Assembly (NCBI GenBank): GCA_965204735.1
Contig: OZ242008.1
Location: 2,016,001-2,080,000 of the forward strand
DNA length: 64,000 nt
From: Longimicrobiales bacterium
Lineage (GTDB): Bacteria > Gemmatimonadota > Gemmatimonadetes > Longimicrobiales > Gaopeijiaceae
Direction of reading: 5' to 3'
Below the pieces are notes generated by a model. It made no database searches and was not told where the DNA came from. It was given only the letters and a program-made list of their open reading frames with translations. Position 1 is the stretch's first letter. Every line of letters starts with the position of its first letter. Of this stretch, positions 11,147 to 20,482 are shown in pieces. Position numbers and translations under genes: made by a program.

Positions 11147-13270
11147 TCATCCGCGCTCTCTTCGCTGTCGAACCGCCGAGGGCCGTGAAGGGGCGTCCGG
11201 AGTTCGAGAGGGGCCGTCGCCTTGTAAAGTAGTCCCCAAGTTTCGCTGAATCAACGCGCGCGTGTTCGGGGCTCTCCCCATGAACGCTCGGAAGAGCTCG
11301 TCCGGCTCCCGGCGGTCGCCTTGGGAGAGGACGGAATCGAGGAAGGCCCGGCCCGCGACGGGGCTCAGGACGCCCTCGTCCTCGAAGCGCGAAAAGGCGT
11401 CGGCTTCCAGCGTCTCGGACCAGAGGTACGAGTAGTAGGCGGACGCGTATCCCCCGCCGAAGAGGTGGGCGAAGGACGGGAGGACGTGGCGCTCGACGAA
11501 GCGGTCCGAGGGGACGAAGGGCCGAAGCGTCGCGGCGGCGTACTCCATGACCGGCGTCTCGGCGTCCCAGCTTCGGTGGAGCTCCAGGTCCAGGTTGGCC
11601 AGGGAGAGCTGCCGCATCTGGGACCAGCCGCCCATGAAGCGGCGAGCGGCGACCAGCCGGTCCACCGTGTCGGCAGGCAGCGGCGCGCCGGTTTCGTGGT
11701 GGCGGGCGAAGACGTCCAGGGCCTCGGCGCGCCACGTCCAGTTTTCCATGATCTGGGAGGGCACCTCGACCCAATCCCACGCCACGTTGGTTCCGCCCCG
11801 CTGGGGGATCTCCACCCGGGAGGCCACGTGGTGCAGCAGATGGCCGAACTCGTGAAAGAGGGTGCGGACTTCGCGGTGGGTGAGAAGCGACGGCCCGGCC
11901 TTGGTCGGCGGGTTGAAGTTGCCGCCGACGAACCCCAGGTGGGGATCGAAGCCTTCGCAGGCCGGGCCTCCGGCCCTGGGGTCCACGGCGCCCGCCCTGG
12001 GACCTCCGGCGATCAGGGCGTCCATCCAAGCGCCCTGCCGCTTCGTGTCGCGGGGGAACCAGTCGGCGTAGAAGGAGCCCAGGTGGCGCCCCGTGTCGTC
12101 GCGCACCTCGAAGAAGCAGACGTCCGGGTGCCAGACGGCCGGGTTGTCCGCCCGCTTCACCGAAAGGCCGAAGAGGCGGCGGGCGATCTCGAAGAGGCCG
12201 GACTGGACCTCGTCCAGGGGGAACCAGGGCCGAAGCGCCTCGTCGTCCAGGTCGAAGCGCTCCTTTCGGAGCTTCTCCATCAGGAACGACACGTCCCACG
12301 GCGCCAGGGCGCCCGCTCCGAAGCGGCGGGCGCACTGTTGGAGCTCCTGGACGTCCTGGTCGTGGAAGGGCCGGGTGGCGGCGATCAGCTCGTCCAGGAA
12401 GGTCCGGACGCGCCCGCCCGACTTGGCCATCGCCGTCTCCAAGCGGTAGCTGGGAAAGTCGTCGTACCCCAGCAGCGAGGCGATTCGCCGGCGCAGCTCC
12501 AGCATTCGGGCGATCAGGGGGCGGTTGTCCCGCTCGCCGCCGGTGCAGCGGTCCAGGTAGGCCGCGTGGACCTCCCGGCGCAGGGAGCGGTCCGAGGCGT
12601 GGCGGAGGACGGCGTCGACGCTGGGCATGTCCAGCGTGACCAGCCACCCCTCCTGGCCGCGAGCTTCGGCCAGCCGAGAGGCGCGCTCGAGGGCCGCCTC
12701 CGGCAGTCCGGCCAGCGCGTCGCGGTCGGTCACGAGCTTCTCGTACGCGGCCGTCTCCTCCAGGAGGTTCTCCTCGAAGCTCCGGCCCAGCTCCGAGAGT
12801 TCGACCCGCATCTCCTCCAGGGCCGCCTTGCGGTCGCGGGAGAGGTCGGCGCCGGCGCGACGGAACTCCCGGAGCGTCTTCTCCAGGTGGCGCCTGGGCA
12901 GGCCGGCCAGCGCCCTGCCCTCGCGCGAGGCGGCAAAGGCCTGGAGACGCCGGTGCAGCTTCTCGTGGTGGAAGAGGCGGCTCCTGAAGCGCACGACTTC
13001 GGGGAGCGCGGCGGCGTGCGCGCGGCGGAGTTCCGGCGTGGCGGCCACGTTGGCCAAGTGGGAGACCGGCGCCCAAGTGCGGGCGACCTCCTGCGCCACG
13101 GCGTCGACCCCCGCCAGCGCCGCCCCGGGCGCGGTCTCGTCCGCGGCCGCTTCGTCCAAGCGGCGGCGCGCCCACTTGAGCGTCTCGTCGACCGCGGGCG
13201 CCACGTCGCCGGGCTCGATCCGGTCGAAGGGGACGAGGAAGCCCCGATCCAGGAGGGGGTTGCCGCTCAC
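11147..13270 (-). CDS. prlC: oligopeptidase A (M3 family)
   Basis: FHEFGHLLH zinc motif, KRQGAWM, WDWVEVPSQ, GGYASAYYSYLW; GTG start overlaps upstream stop (GTGA). Confidence 0.93.
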   Translation of the reverse strand: MSGNPLLDRGFLVPFDRIEPGDVAPAVDETLKWARRRLDEAAADETAPGAALAGVDAVAQEVARTWAPVSHLANVAATPELRRAHAAALPEVVRFRSRLFHHEKLHRRLQAFAASREGRALAGLPRRHLEKTLREFRRAGADLSRDRKAALEEMRVELSELGRSFEENLLEETAAYEKLVTDRDALAGLPEAALERASRLAEARGQEGWLVTLDMPSVDAVLRHASDRSLRREVHAAYLDRCTGGERDNRPLIARMLELRRRIASLLGYDDFPSYRLETAMAKSGGRVRTFLDELIAATRPFHDQDVQELQQCARRFGAGALAPWDVSFLMEKLRKERFDLDDEALRPWFPLDEVQSGLFEIARRLFGLSVKRADNPAVWHPDVCFFEVRDDTGRHLGSFYADWFPRDTKRQGAWMDALIAGGPRAGAVDPRAGGPACEGFDPHLGFVGGNFNPPTKAGPSLLTHREVRTLFHEFGHLLHHVASRVEIPQRGGTNVAWDWVEVPSQIMENWTWRAEALDVFARHHETGAPLPADTVDRLVAARRFMGGWSQMRQLSLANLDLELHRSWDAETPVMEYAAATLRPFVPSDRFVERHVLPSFAHLFGGGYASAYYSYLWSETLEADAFSRFEDEGVLSPVAGRAFLDSVLSQGDRREPDELFRAFMGRAPNTRALIQRNLGTTLQGDGPSRTPDAPSRPSAVRQRRERG

Positions 13271-14115
13271 GGCGCCGCCGTGGCCGTCCACGCGGCGGTC
13301 TCCCGAGCCATCTCCCCCAGCACGTCCGCCTGATCGCGGCCCAGGCGCTTCGGGGTCTTGAAGGAGTGGTCGCCTCCCTCCACCACGCGCAGCGACGCCT
13401 TCGCGCCCAGCCGGTCGAGCACGGGACGGAGGAGGGCCAGGTCGGCGAGCCGGTCTCGGTCGCCTTGATGGAAGAGCATCGGACAGGGGACCCGTGCCAA
13501 GTGGTCTCCCCTGGCCGTCCCTGGACGGCCCGGCGGGTGGAGGGGAAAGCCGAAGAAGACGAGCCCGGCGACGTTGGGCAGCTGCGAGTGGAGCGGATCG
13601 GAGCTCGGCGCGGGAATCGAAGGCGCCGCTTCGCCCACGGGCGCCGGCGCGCCCGCGGCCGGCTCGGACGTCGGGGGTTCGGCCTGGCGCGCGGCCAGCT
13701 CGGAGAGCATCCGTCCGCCCATGGACTTTCCGCCTGCGAAGAGGGGCAGGTCGGCGGCGGCGTGCCGGCCCGCGACGAGGGCGGACGCCGCCACGGCGAG
13801 GAGGCGGCGGACCGGGTCGGGTCGGCGACGGCCCTCCTGAGCGTACTGGAAGTTGAAGCGGAGCACCGAGACGCCCTCTGCCACGAGGGCGGCCGAGAGG
13901 TCCTCCATGAAGGGGTGGGTCATGGGCGCTCCCGCCCCGTGGCCCAGGACCAGCAGGCACGAGGCGGGATCGGCCTTGGCGAGCAAGCCGGCAACGGGCG
14001 AGTGGCCTTCGCCGGCGACGACGAGGGCGCGCGCCGGGGCGTCGCGGGCGCTCCCGTGGGCGTCGCGGACTCGTGCCCGGGCGGCGTCGCGCCGCGTCTG
14101 GGAGCTACCAGGCAA
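13267..14115 (-). CDS. alpha/beta hydrolase (KANL3/Tex30-like)
   Basis: GHGAGA, GGKSMGGR nucleophile elbow, GFPLHPPG, QGDRD, GGDHSF; start uncertain. Confidence 0.88.
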   Translation of the reverse strand: MPGSSQTRRDAARARVRDAHGSARDAPARALVVAGEGHSPVAGLLAKADPASCLLVLGHGAGAPMTHPFMEDLSAALVAEGVSVLRFNFQYAQEGRRRPDPVRRLLAVAASALVAGRHAAADLPLFAGGKSMGGRMLSELAARQAEPPTSEPAAGAPAPVGEAAPSIPAPSSDPLHSQLPNVAGLVFFGFPLHPPGRPGTARGDHLARVPCPMLFHQGDRDRLADLALLRPVLDRLGAKASLRVVEGGDHSFKTPKRLGRDQADVLGEMARETAAWTATAAP

Positions 14116-16021
14116 TGCCGTAGTCTTCCCCGTGGTTGCTGGAGCCTCCCCACATCGTGCCCGTGCGGGGATCGAAGTAGATCGCGTTGATCGGTCCCGA
14201 AGTCCTGGACGCGAAGGTCAGGTCGTAGCCCATCTCCCGCAGCCGCGCGCGCATCCAAGAGGAAGCTTCGTCGTTGAGGAGGAGCCGTCCCGGCCGGGAC
14301 TCGTGGGCGCCGAACGAGCTCCGCATCTGGTAGCTGTTGAAGTTGGGCGCCTCGGCGGCCTCCTGCACGTTCATCCCGAACTCCACCACGTTGAGGAAGA
14401 ACTGGAGCAGGTTCTGGTCCTGGCCGTCGCCTCCCTGAACCGCAAAGGAGAGGAACGGCTTGCCGTCCTTCAGCGCCAGCGACGGCGTGAGGGTGGCGCG
14501 GGGACGCTTGCCCGGCTCCAGCACGTTGTACGGACCCGCGCGCTCGTCCAGAACGAAGCTCTGCATCCGCTGGCTCATGCCGATTCCGGTGCGGCCGGCG
14601 ATCACGGCGGGGATCCACGCCCCGGAAGGCGTCACCGACACGACCCACCCCTCCGCGTCGGCGGCTTGGATCGAAGTCGTGCCCGCGTAGAAGGCTTCCT
14701 CGAACTCGGCGCCGGAGGCGGGTTCGGTCGTCTCGGGCGTCGCCGAGGGTTCCGCATGCCAGCCCTCGACGAGGTGCAGGAACGGGTTGACCCCGTCCTG
14801 GAAGGCGTATGGGTCCCCGGGCAGGACGTCGGGGTCGTTCCGCTCCCAGTCGATCTCTTCGGCGCGCGCCCGGGCGTACTCCTTGGAGAGCAGTCCCTTC
14901 ACGGGCTCGGCCGGCGGGAAGTACGGGTCGCCGTAGTAGAAGTCGCGGTCGGCGAAGGCCAGGTTCATGGTTTGGTAGAGGGCGTGCACATAGCGGACCG
15001 AGTTGTGGCCCATCGAAGCCAACTCCATGCCCTCCAACATGTTGAGGGCCTGAAGCAGAACTGGTCCTTGAACCCAGGTCGTAAGCTTGTAGACTTCGAT
15101 GCCCTTGTAGGACGCGCTCACCGGCTCTTCCAGGTGCACCTTCCACTGCGACAGGTCTTCCAGAGTGTGAAGACCTCCCTGCTCCCGAGAGCCGCGGACG
15201 AACTCCTCGGCGACGTCGCCTCGGTAGAAGCGGTCGTACGCCGCCATGATCGCCTCGCGCCGGTCCGCGCCCCGAGCCAGCGCCTCCGCCTCGGCCTCCA
15301 CCAGCTTCTCCAGCGTTCGGGCCAAGTCGGCCTGCACGAAGAGCTCGCCGGCTTCGGGGGCGCTTCGCTCCTCGCCGTGGCGCGGCAGGAAGACCGCCTT
15401 GGAGTAGGGCCACTCGGCGATCCGCTCCTTCTCGCGCTCCATGGCGTCGGCGGCCTGCGCCTCGATCGGATAGCCCTTGGCCATGTCGATGGCAGGCGCC
15501 AGCACCTCGGCCAAGCTCAGGCGGCCCCACTCCGCCAGCATCACCATGAGGCCGCCGGGGGTTCCCGGCGTGACGGCGGCAAGGGGTCCGTAGGCCGGAG
15601 GCACGTCCATCCCCCGCTCTTCGAAGAACTCGGGCGTGGCGCCGGTGGGCGCGACCCCGAGGGCGTTGACGCCGGTCACCGTCCCGGTCCTCGGGTCGTA
15701 CACCAAGGCTTGGGTCTCGCCGCCCCAGCCCAGCACGTCCCACATGGTGGCGGTCGCGGCCAGCATGGCGGCGGCCGCGTCCACCGCGTTGCCGCCGTCG
15801 AGGAAGATCATGGCCCCGGCGGTCGCGCCCAGGGGCTTCCCGGTGATCGCGATCCACTCCTTGCCGTGGAGCACCGGCTTCTGGGTGCGCTGGGCCTGGG
15901 CGACGGACGGGTGGAGCGCTCCCGCCCCCACCGCGAAGGCGAAAGCCGGCGCGAGGGCGAAGCGGCGAAGGGCGAGGGGGCTGGACTGGTTGAAGGGGCG
16001 TCGGCTGGATCGTCTGAACAT
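14105..16021 (-). CDS. ggt: gamma-glutamyltransferase family protein
   Basis: GGNAVDAA, GTTSI autocleavage Thr, PGKRPRATLTP; signal peptide. Confidence 0.92.
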   Translation of the reverse strand: MFRRSSRRPFNQSSPLALRRFALAPAFAFAVGAGALHPSVAQAQRTQKPVLHGKEWIAITGKPLGATAGAMIFLDGGNAVDAAAAMLAATATMWDVLGWGGETQALVYDPRTGTVTGVNALGVAPTGATPEFFEERGMDVPPAYGPLAAVTPGTPGGLMVMLAEWGRLSLAEVLAPAIDMAKGYPIEAQAADAMEREKERIAEWPYSKAVFLPRHGEERSAPEAGELFVQADLARTLEKLVEAEAEALARGADRREAIMAAYDRFYRGDVAEEFVRGSREQGGLHTLEDLSQWKVHLEEPVSASYKGIEVYKLTTWVQGPVLLQALNMLEGMELASMGHNSVRYVHALYQTMNLAFADRDFYYGDPYFPPAEPVKGLLSKEYARARAEEIDWERNDPDVLPGDPYAFQDGVNPFLHLVEGWHAEPSATPETTEPASGAEFEEAFYAGTTSIQAADAEGWVVSVTPSGAWIPAVIAGRTGIGMSQRMQSFVLDERAGPYNVLEPGKRPRATLTPSLALKDGKPFLSFAVQGGDGQDQNLLQFFLNVVEFGMNVQEAAEAPNFNSYQMRSSFGAHESRPGRLLLNDEASSWMRARLREMGYDLTFASRTSGPINAIYFDPRTGTMWGGSSNHGEDYGIAW

Positions 16022-16208
16022 GATGAGGTCTTCCTTCCTCGTCGGGGCGGAAACCGGCAAGTTACCTTGGGGCTCGGAGAACGACGGACCACCGAAGTCC
16101 CGATGGCCGCGCCCGCGCGCCGGGGCCTGCCGCAAAGTCCGTCCTTTGAGCGAAGGCGCAAGGACCGGGCGGCGAGCCCGCAAGGCAACGGAGAACGCTG
16201 GGCGGGAG

Positions 16209-18641
16209 ATGGACTTCATTAGGAGCATGGTGGCGCGGGACTTGGCCACGGGGAAGCACGGCGGTCGGGTCGCAACCCGGTTTCCGCCCGAGCCCAACGG
16301 CTTCCTGCACATAGGCCACGCCAAGTCGATCTGCCTGAACTTCGGAATCGCCGCCGAGCATCCAGGCGGCCGATGCCATCTCCGGCTGGACGACACCAAC
16401 CCGGACACCGAGAAGGCCGAGTACGTGGAGGCGATGAAGCGGGACATCCGCTGGCTCGGCTTCGACTGGGGCGAGCGTCTCTACCACGCCTCGGACTACT
16501 TCGAGGAGCTCTACGGGTTCGCACTGGTCCTGGTGGAGAAGGGGCTGGCGTACGTGGACTCGTCGTCCGAGGCGGAGATCCGCGAGCGACGGGGCTCCGT
16601 GACCCGGCCGGGCGTCCACAGCCCCTACCGGGAGCGCGCAGTCGAAGAAAACCGCGAGCTGTTCGGTCGCATGAGGGCCGGCGAGTACCCCGACGGGCGC
16701 CACGTCCTTCGGGCCAAGATCGACATGGCCCATCCGAACATGGTCATGCGCGACCCGATTCTGTATCGGATCCGTCATGCGAGCCACTACCGCCACGGCG
16801 ACCGGTGGCCGATCTACCCTCTGTACGACTTCGCCCACTGCCTCTCCGACTCGCTGGAGCGGATCACCCACTCCCTGTGCACCCTGGAGTTCGACAACAA
16901 CCGGGCGATCTACGACTGGCTGCTGGAGCACGTGGACGCGCCCTCGCCTCGACCGGAGCAGACCGAGTTCGCGCCCCTCGTGCTGGAGTACGTGGTCACC
17001 AGCAAGCGCAAGCTGCGGCGGCTGGTGGAAGAAGGGCGGGTGCGGGGCTGGGACGACCCCCGGATGCCCACGCTGGCCGGGCTTCGGCGACGAGGCGTCA
17101 CGGCGGCTGCGGTCCGCTCGCTGTGCGAGATGGTGGGCGTGGCCAAGGTCAACTCCCGCGTGGACCATGGGAAGCTGGACTACGCCGTGCGGAACGACCT
17201 GAACCGGATCGCGCCCCGGGCCTTCTGCGTGCTGGAGCCGCTGAGGGTCGTCCTGACCAACTGGCCCGAAGGCAAGGAGGAATCCCTGACCGCGCCCCGC
17301 TTCCCCGCCGACGTGGCGGAGCCCGCCGGCGGAACGCCGGGCGTTCGAACGCTGCCCTTCGGCCGGGTCGTCTACATCGACCGCGACGACTTCCGCGAAG
17401 AGCCGCCGTCCGGCTTTCGCCGGCTCTCGCCGGGCCGCTGGGTGCGCCTGAAGCACGCTGGACTGATCCGGTGCGACTCGGTCGCCAACGACCCGGACAC
17501 GGGCGGAGTTGCCGAGCTCCGCTGCACCTTCGAGCCGGAAGTGGTGGACGGACGCGGGGCCCGGGACCGCGGCCGGCGCGTCGCGGGCACCGTGCACTGG
17601 GTGTCGGCGCGGCGGGCCGTCCCGGCCCAGGTCCGGCTCTACGACCGGCTCTTCACGACGCCCGACCCGCTGGCCGAGGGCGACTTCATGGACGCGCTGA
17701 ACCCGGACTCGGAGCGGGTCGCAAGCGGCGCCCTCGTCGAACCGAGCCTGGCGGACGCGCCTCCCGGGGCTCACTACCAGTTCGAGCGGCTCGGGTACTT
17801 CTTCTCCGATCCGGCGGACTCCCGGCCGGGGCGGCTGGTCTTCAACCGCACCGTGCCCCTTCGCGACGGCTGGACGAGACGGGCTGCGGAGGCGGCGCCC
17901 GGGCAGGCGGCGAGCCGCGAAGCGCACGGCCGCAGAGGCGGCGGTCGAAGGGCCGAGCCGACGCCGAGCCGACGCAACGGCGAACCGCGACGCCCAACGG
18001 CGATCTCGACGCACGCCGGGCCGACGCCGGTCGATCCGGATCGCCGGCATACGGCTGGCGAACACGCTCCGGCGACGGCGACGCCGACCGGGCCGGCGCC
18101 GCCCGAGAACCGGGCGCGGCTCGACGAGCTCGGCGCCCTGGGGGTCGCCGACGCCGCGGCCGCAAGCCTCGCCTCCTCCCCCGAGCTGGACGCCCTCTTC
18201 CGCGCCGTCCTTCCCAGCTACCCCGACGGGGCCGGCGCCGTCGCGTCGTGGGTGGTGAACGAAGTGGCCGGGCTCTCCGGCGGCCACGAAGCCGGAAGCG
18301 CGCGCCTGGAGCCCTCTGCGCTTGCAGCGCTGGTGCGGACGGTGGACGAAGGCGGCCTCTCCCGGCGCCAGGGCCGCATCGTCCTCTCGGCGCTCCTCGC
18401 CAAGGGCGGCACGTTCGAGGAGGTCCGCGCCTCGCTGGACCTCGCCGAGATCGCCGACGAGCACGTGCTGACCACGCTCCTGGACGAGATCGTCCGCGAG
18501 AACCCCGAGAAGGCCGCCGCCTACCGGAACGGACGCGCCGGCCTGCTGGGCTTCTTCGTGGGCGAGGTCATGAAGCGCACCGACGGCAAGGCGGACCCCC
18601 GCGCCGCCAGCCGGCTGGCGTCGCAACTGCTGGCCGAGTGA
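16209..18641 (+). CDS. glnS: glutaminyl-tRNA synthetase with C-terminal GatB/YqeY domain
   Basis: TRFPPEPNGFLHIGHAKS, ITHSLCTLEF, VTSKRKL, YQFERLGYF; C-terminal GLLGFFVGEVMKRTDGKADP. Confidence 0.95.
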   Translation: MDFIRSMVARDLATGKHGGRVATRFPPEPNGFLHIGHAKSICLNFGIAAEHPGGRCHLRLDDTNPDTEKAEYVEAMKRDIRWLGFDWGERLYHASDYFEELYGFALVLVEKGLAYVDSSSEAEIRERRGSVTRPGVHSPYRERAVEENRELFGRMRAGEYPDGRHVLRAKIDMAHPNMVMRDPILYRIRHASHYRHGDRWPIYPLYDFAHCLSDSLERITHSLCTLEFDNNRAIYDWLLEHVDAPSPRPEQTEFAPLVLEYVVTSKRKLRRLVEEGRVRGWDDPRMPTLAGLRRRGVTAAAVRSLCEMVGVAKVNSRVDHGKLDYAVRNDLNRIAPRAFCVLEPLRVVLTNWPEGKEESLTAPRFPADVAEPAGGTPGVRTLPFGRVVYIDRDDFREEPPSGFRRLSPGRWVRLKHAGLIRCDSVANDPDTGGVAELRCTFEPEVVDGRGARDRGRRVAGTVHWVSARRAVPAQVRLYDRLFTTPDPLAEGDFMDALNPDSERVASGALVEPSLADAPPGAHYQFERLGYFFSDPADSRPGRLVFNRTVPLRDGWTRRAAEAAPGQAASREAHGRRGGGRRAEPTPSRRNGEPRRPTAISTHAGPTPVDPDRRHTAGEHAPATATPTGPAPPENRARLDELGALGVADAAAASLASSPELDALFRAVLPSYPDGAGAVASWVVNEVAGLSGGHEAGSARLEPSALAALVRTVDEGGLSRRQGRIVLSALLAKGGTFEEVRASLDLAEIADEHVLTTLLDEIVRENPEKAAAYRNGRAGLLGFFVGEVMKRTDGKADPRAASRLASQLLAE

Positions 18642-18657
18642 GGCGACCGCCCCGGGC

Positions 18658-20478
18658 TCAGTATCCCGCCGCCGTGCCGTCCGAGTCCCTGGGGTCGGGC
18701 ACGCCCACCAGCGCTCCGGACGCTCCGTCCACGAAGATGCAGTGGGCGATCCCCTGCGATCTTCGCCACTCGACGGCGTGCCCCATGGCTTCCAGCGCCG
18801 CCGCCTGCTCGGCGGACATGTAGCCTTCCTCGAGGTAGGCCACGTTCGGCAGCCACTGGTGGTGGAGACGGCGGGCAGCCACCGCCTCCGCGGGCGAGTG
18901 CTCGAAGTCGGCCACGTTCAGCACGATCTGGAGCACCGTGTTGATGATCGTGCGCCCTCCCGGGCTCCCCACGACCGCCACGAGCCGGCCGTCGCGGGCC
19001 AGGATGGTCGGGGTCATCGACGACACCATGCGCTGCTCGGGCCGCGCCAAGTTGGGCTCGGTGCCGATCAGGCCCTGCTCGTTGGTGAGTCCGGGCCGGG
19101 CGTTGAAGTCGCCCATCTCGTTGTTGAGAAGGAACCCCGCGCCGGGCACGGTGATGAACGAACCGTACCCGCCCTCCAGGGTGTAGGTGACCGAAACGGC
19201 CATTCCCTCGCCGTCCACCACCGAGTAGTGGGTCGTCTCCATGCTTTCGGGCGCCGTGGCGGCCGCAGAGACGTCCTCGGGACTCGACGCCCCCGCCGTT
19301 CCCGCCTCCACCCCCGCCCGGAGCTCGGCGGCGTACTCCTTGCTCGTCAGGCGGTCCACCGGCACGTCGGCGAAGTCCGGATCGGCCAAGTACGTCGCCC
19401 GGTCGCGGAACGCCCGCCGCATCGACTCCACCAAGTGGTGCGCGAACTCGGGGCTGTTGTGGCCCATCGACGCCAGATCCCATCCCTCCAGCACGTTGAG
19501 CATCTCCACCAGAGCCGTGCCCCCGGAGGACGGAGGCGGCATGCTGATCACGTCCAAGCCGCGGTAGGCGCCCGTCACGGGCGCGCGCTCCTGCGCCTCG
19601 TATCGCGCCAAGTCCTCTTCGGTGATCGCTCCGCCGCCCCGCTCCATCTCTTCGGCGAGGAGCCGGGCCGTGGTTCCGGCGTAGAAGCCGTCTCGGCCCT
19701 GGTCGCGGATCCGCTCCAAGGTGGCGCCCAGATCGGCCTGCACCAGCGTGTCCCCGGGCTCGTACGGCGAGCCGTCCTTGGAGAACTGGGCGTGGGTGGC
19801 CGGGTACCGCTCGAAGCGGGGCAGCATGCGCTCGAGCGACGCGGCCAGGCGCTCGCTCACCACGAAGCCGTCCCGGGCCAGCTCGGCGGCCGGCTCGACC
19901 AGGTCGCGCCACTCCGCCGAGCCGTAGCTCTCGTGGGCCAGCGCGAACCCCGCCACCGTGCCCGGCACGCCCACGGCCAAGTGGCTGTAGTGGTGGATCT
20001 CCGACGAGTACTCGCCGTTCTCGTCCAGGAACATCTCGGGGTGAGCCGTCAGGGGCGCCTTCTCCCGGAAGTCGAAGGTCGTGGCGCGCCCGTCGGGGAA
20101 GCGGATCACCATGAAGCCGCCGCCGCCGATGTTGCCCGCCGTCGGGTGAGTCGCCGCCAGTGCGAAGCCGGTGGCGACCGCCGCGTCCACCGCGTTGCCG
20201 CCGTTGCGCAGCACCTCGGCGCCGATCTCGCTCGCGTCGGGGTACGCCGACACCACCATCCCGTTCTGGGCCTCCACCACGGCCTGGGCGGAGTTGTCTT
20301 CTTGGGCGGGCGGCGCCGCAGGGACGCAGCCGCCGAAGAGGGCCGGCGCCAGGACGGCGAGGACGGGAACGGCGGCGGACCGGAGACCGGCCCAGCGCCG
20401 GCCGGCGGGAGCCGGCGCGCGACGCCGCGAGGGGACGAGGGAGGTCGCGAGGGCGATCTGAAGCAGTGTCGGGGTCAA
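18658..20478 (-). CDS. ggt: gamma-glutamyltransferase
   Basis: GGNAVDAAVA, FDFREKAP, ETTHYSVVD, LLNNEMGDF, SSMTPT, GSPGG; TTG start with AAGGAG RBS just after the RND stop. Confidence 0.93.
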   Translation of the reverse strand: MTPTLLQIALATSLVPSRRRAPAPAGRRWAGLRSAAVPVLAVLAPALFGGCVPAAPPAQEDNSAQAVVEAQNGMVVSAYPDASEIGAEVLRNGGNAVDAAVATGFALAATHPTAGNIGGGGFMVIRFPDGRATTFDFREKAPLTAHPEMFLDENGEYSSEIHHYSHLAVGVPGTVAGFALAHESYGSAEWRDLVEPAAELARDGFVVSERLAASLERMLPRFERYPATHAQFSKDGSPYEPGDTLVQADLGATLERIRDQGRDGFYAGTTARLLAEEMERGGGAITEEDLARYEAQERAPVTGAYRGLDVISMPPPSSGGTALVEMLNVLEGWDLASMGHNSPEFAHHLVESMRRAFRDRATYLADPDFADVPVDRLTSKEYAAELRAGVEAGTAGASSPEDVSAAATAPESMETTHYSVVDGEGMAVSVTYTLEGGYGSFITVPGAGFLLNNEMGDFNARPGLTNEQGLIGTEPNLARPEQRMVSSMTPTILARDGRLVAVVGSPGGRTIINTVLQIVLNVADFEHSPAEAVAARRLHHQWLPNVAYLEEGYMSAEQAAALEAMGHAVEWRRSQGIAHCIFVDGASGALVGVPDPRDSDGTAAGY

Positions 20479-20482
20479 CGTT

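Noticed and set aside
9768..13175. Apparent giant N-terminal extensions (1135-aa SBP, 1155-aa LigD, 1492-aa RND, 1274-aa DUF5916)
   Set aside because: The ORF track uses the most upstream start; the extensions overlap neighbouring genes, and better starts with RBS or stop overlap exist downstream.
14105..20478. Two GGTs flanking glnS as a dedicated glutamine pathway
   Set aside because: Both are exported and belong to separate transcription units opposite to glnS; proximity is probably incidental.
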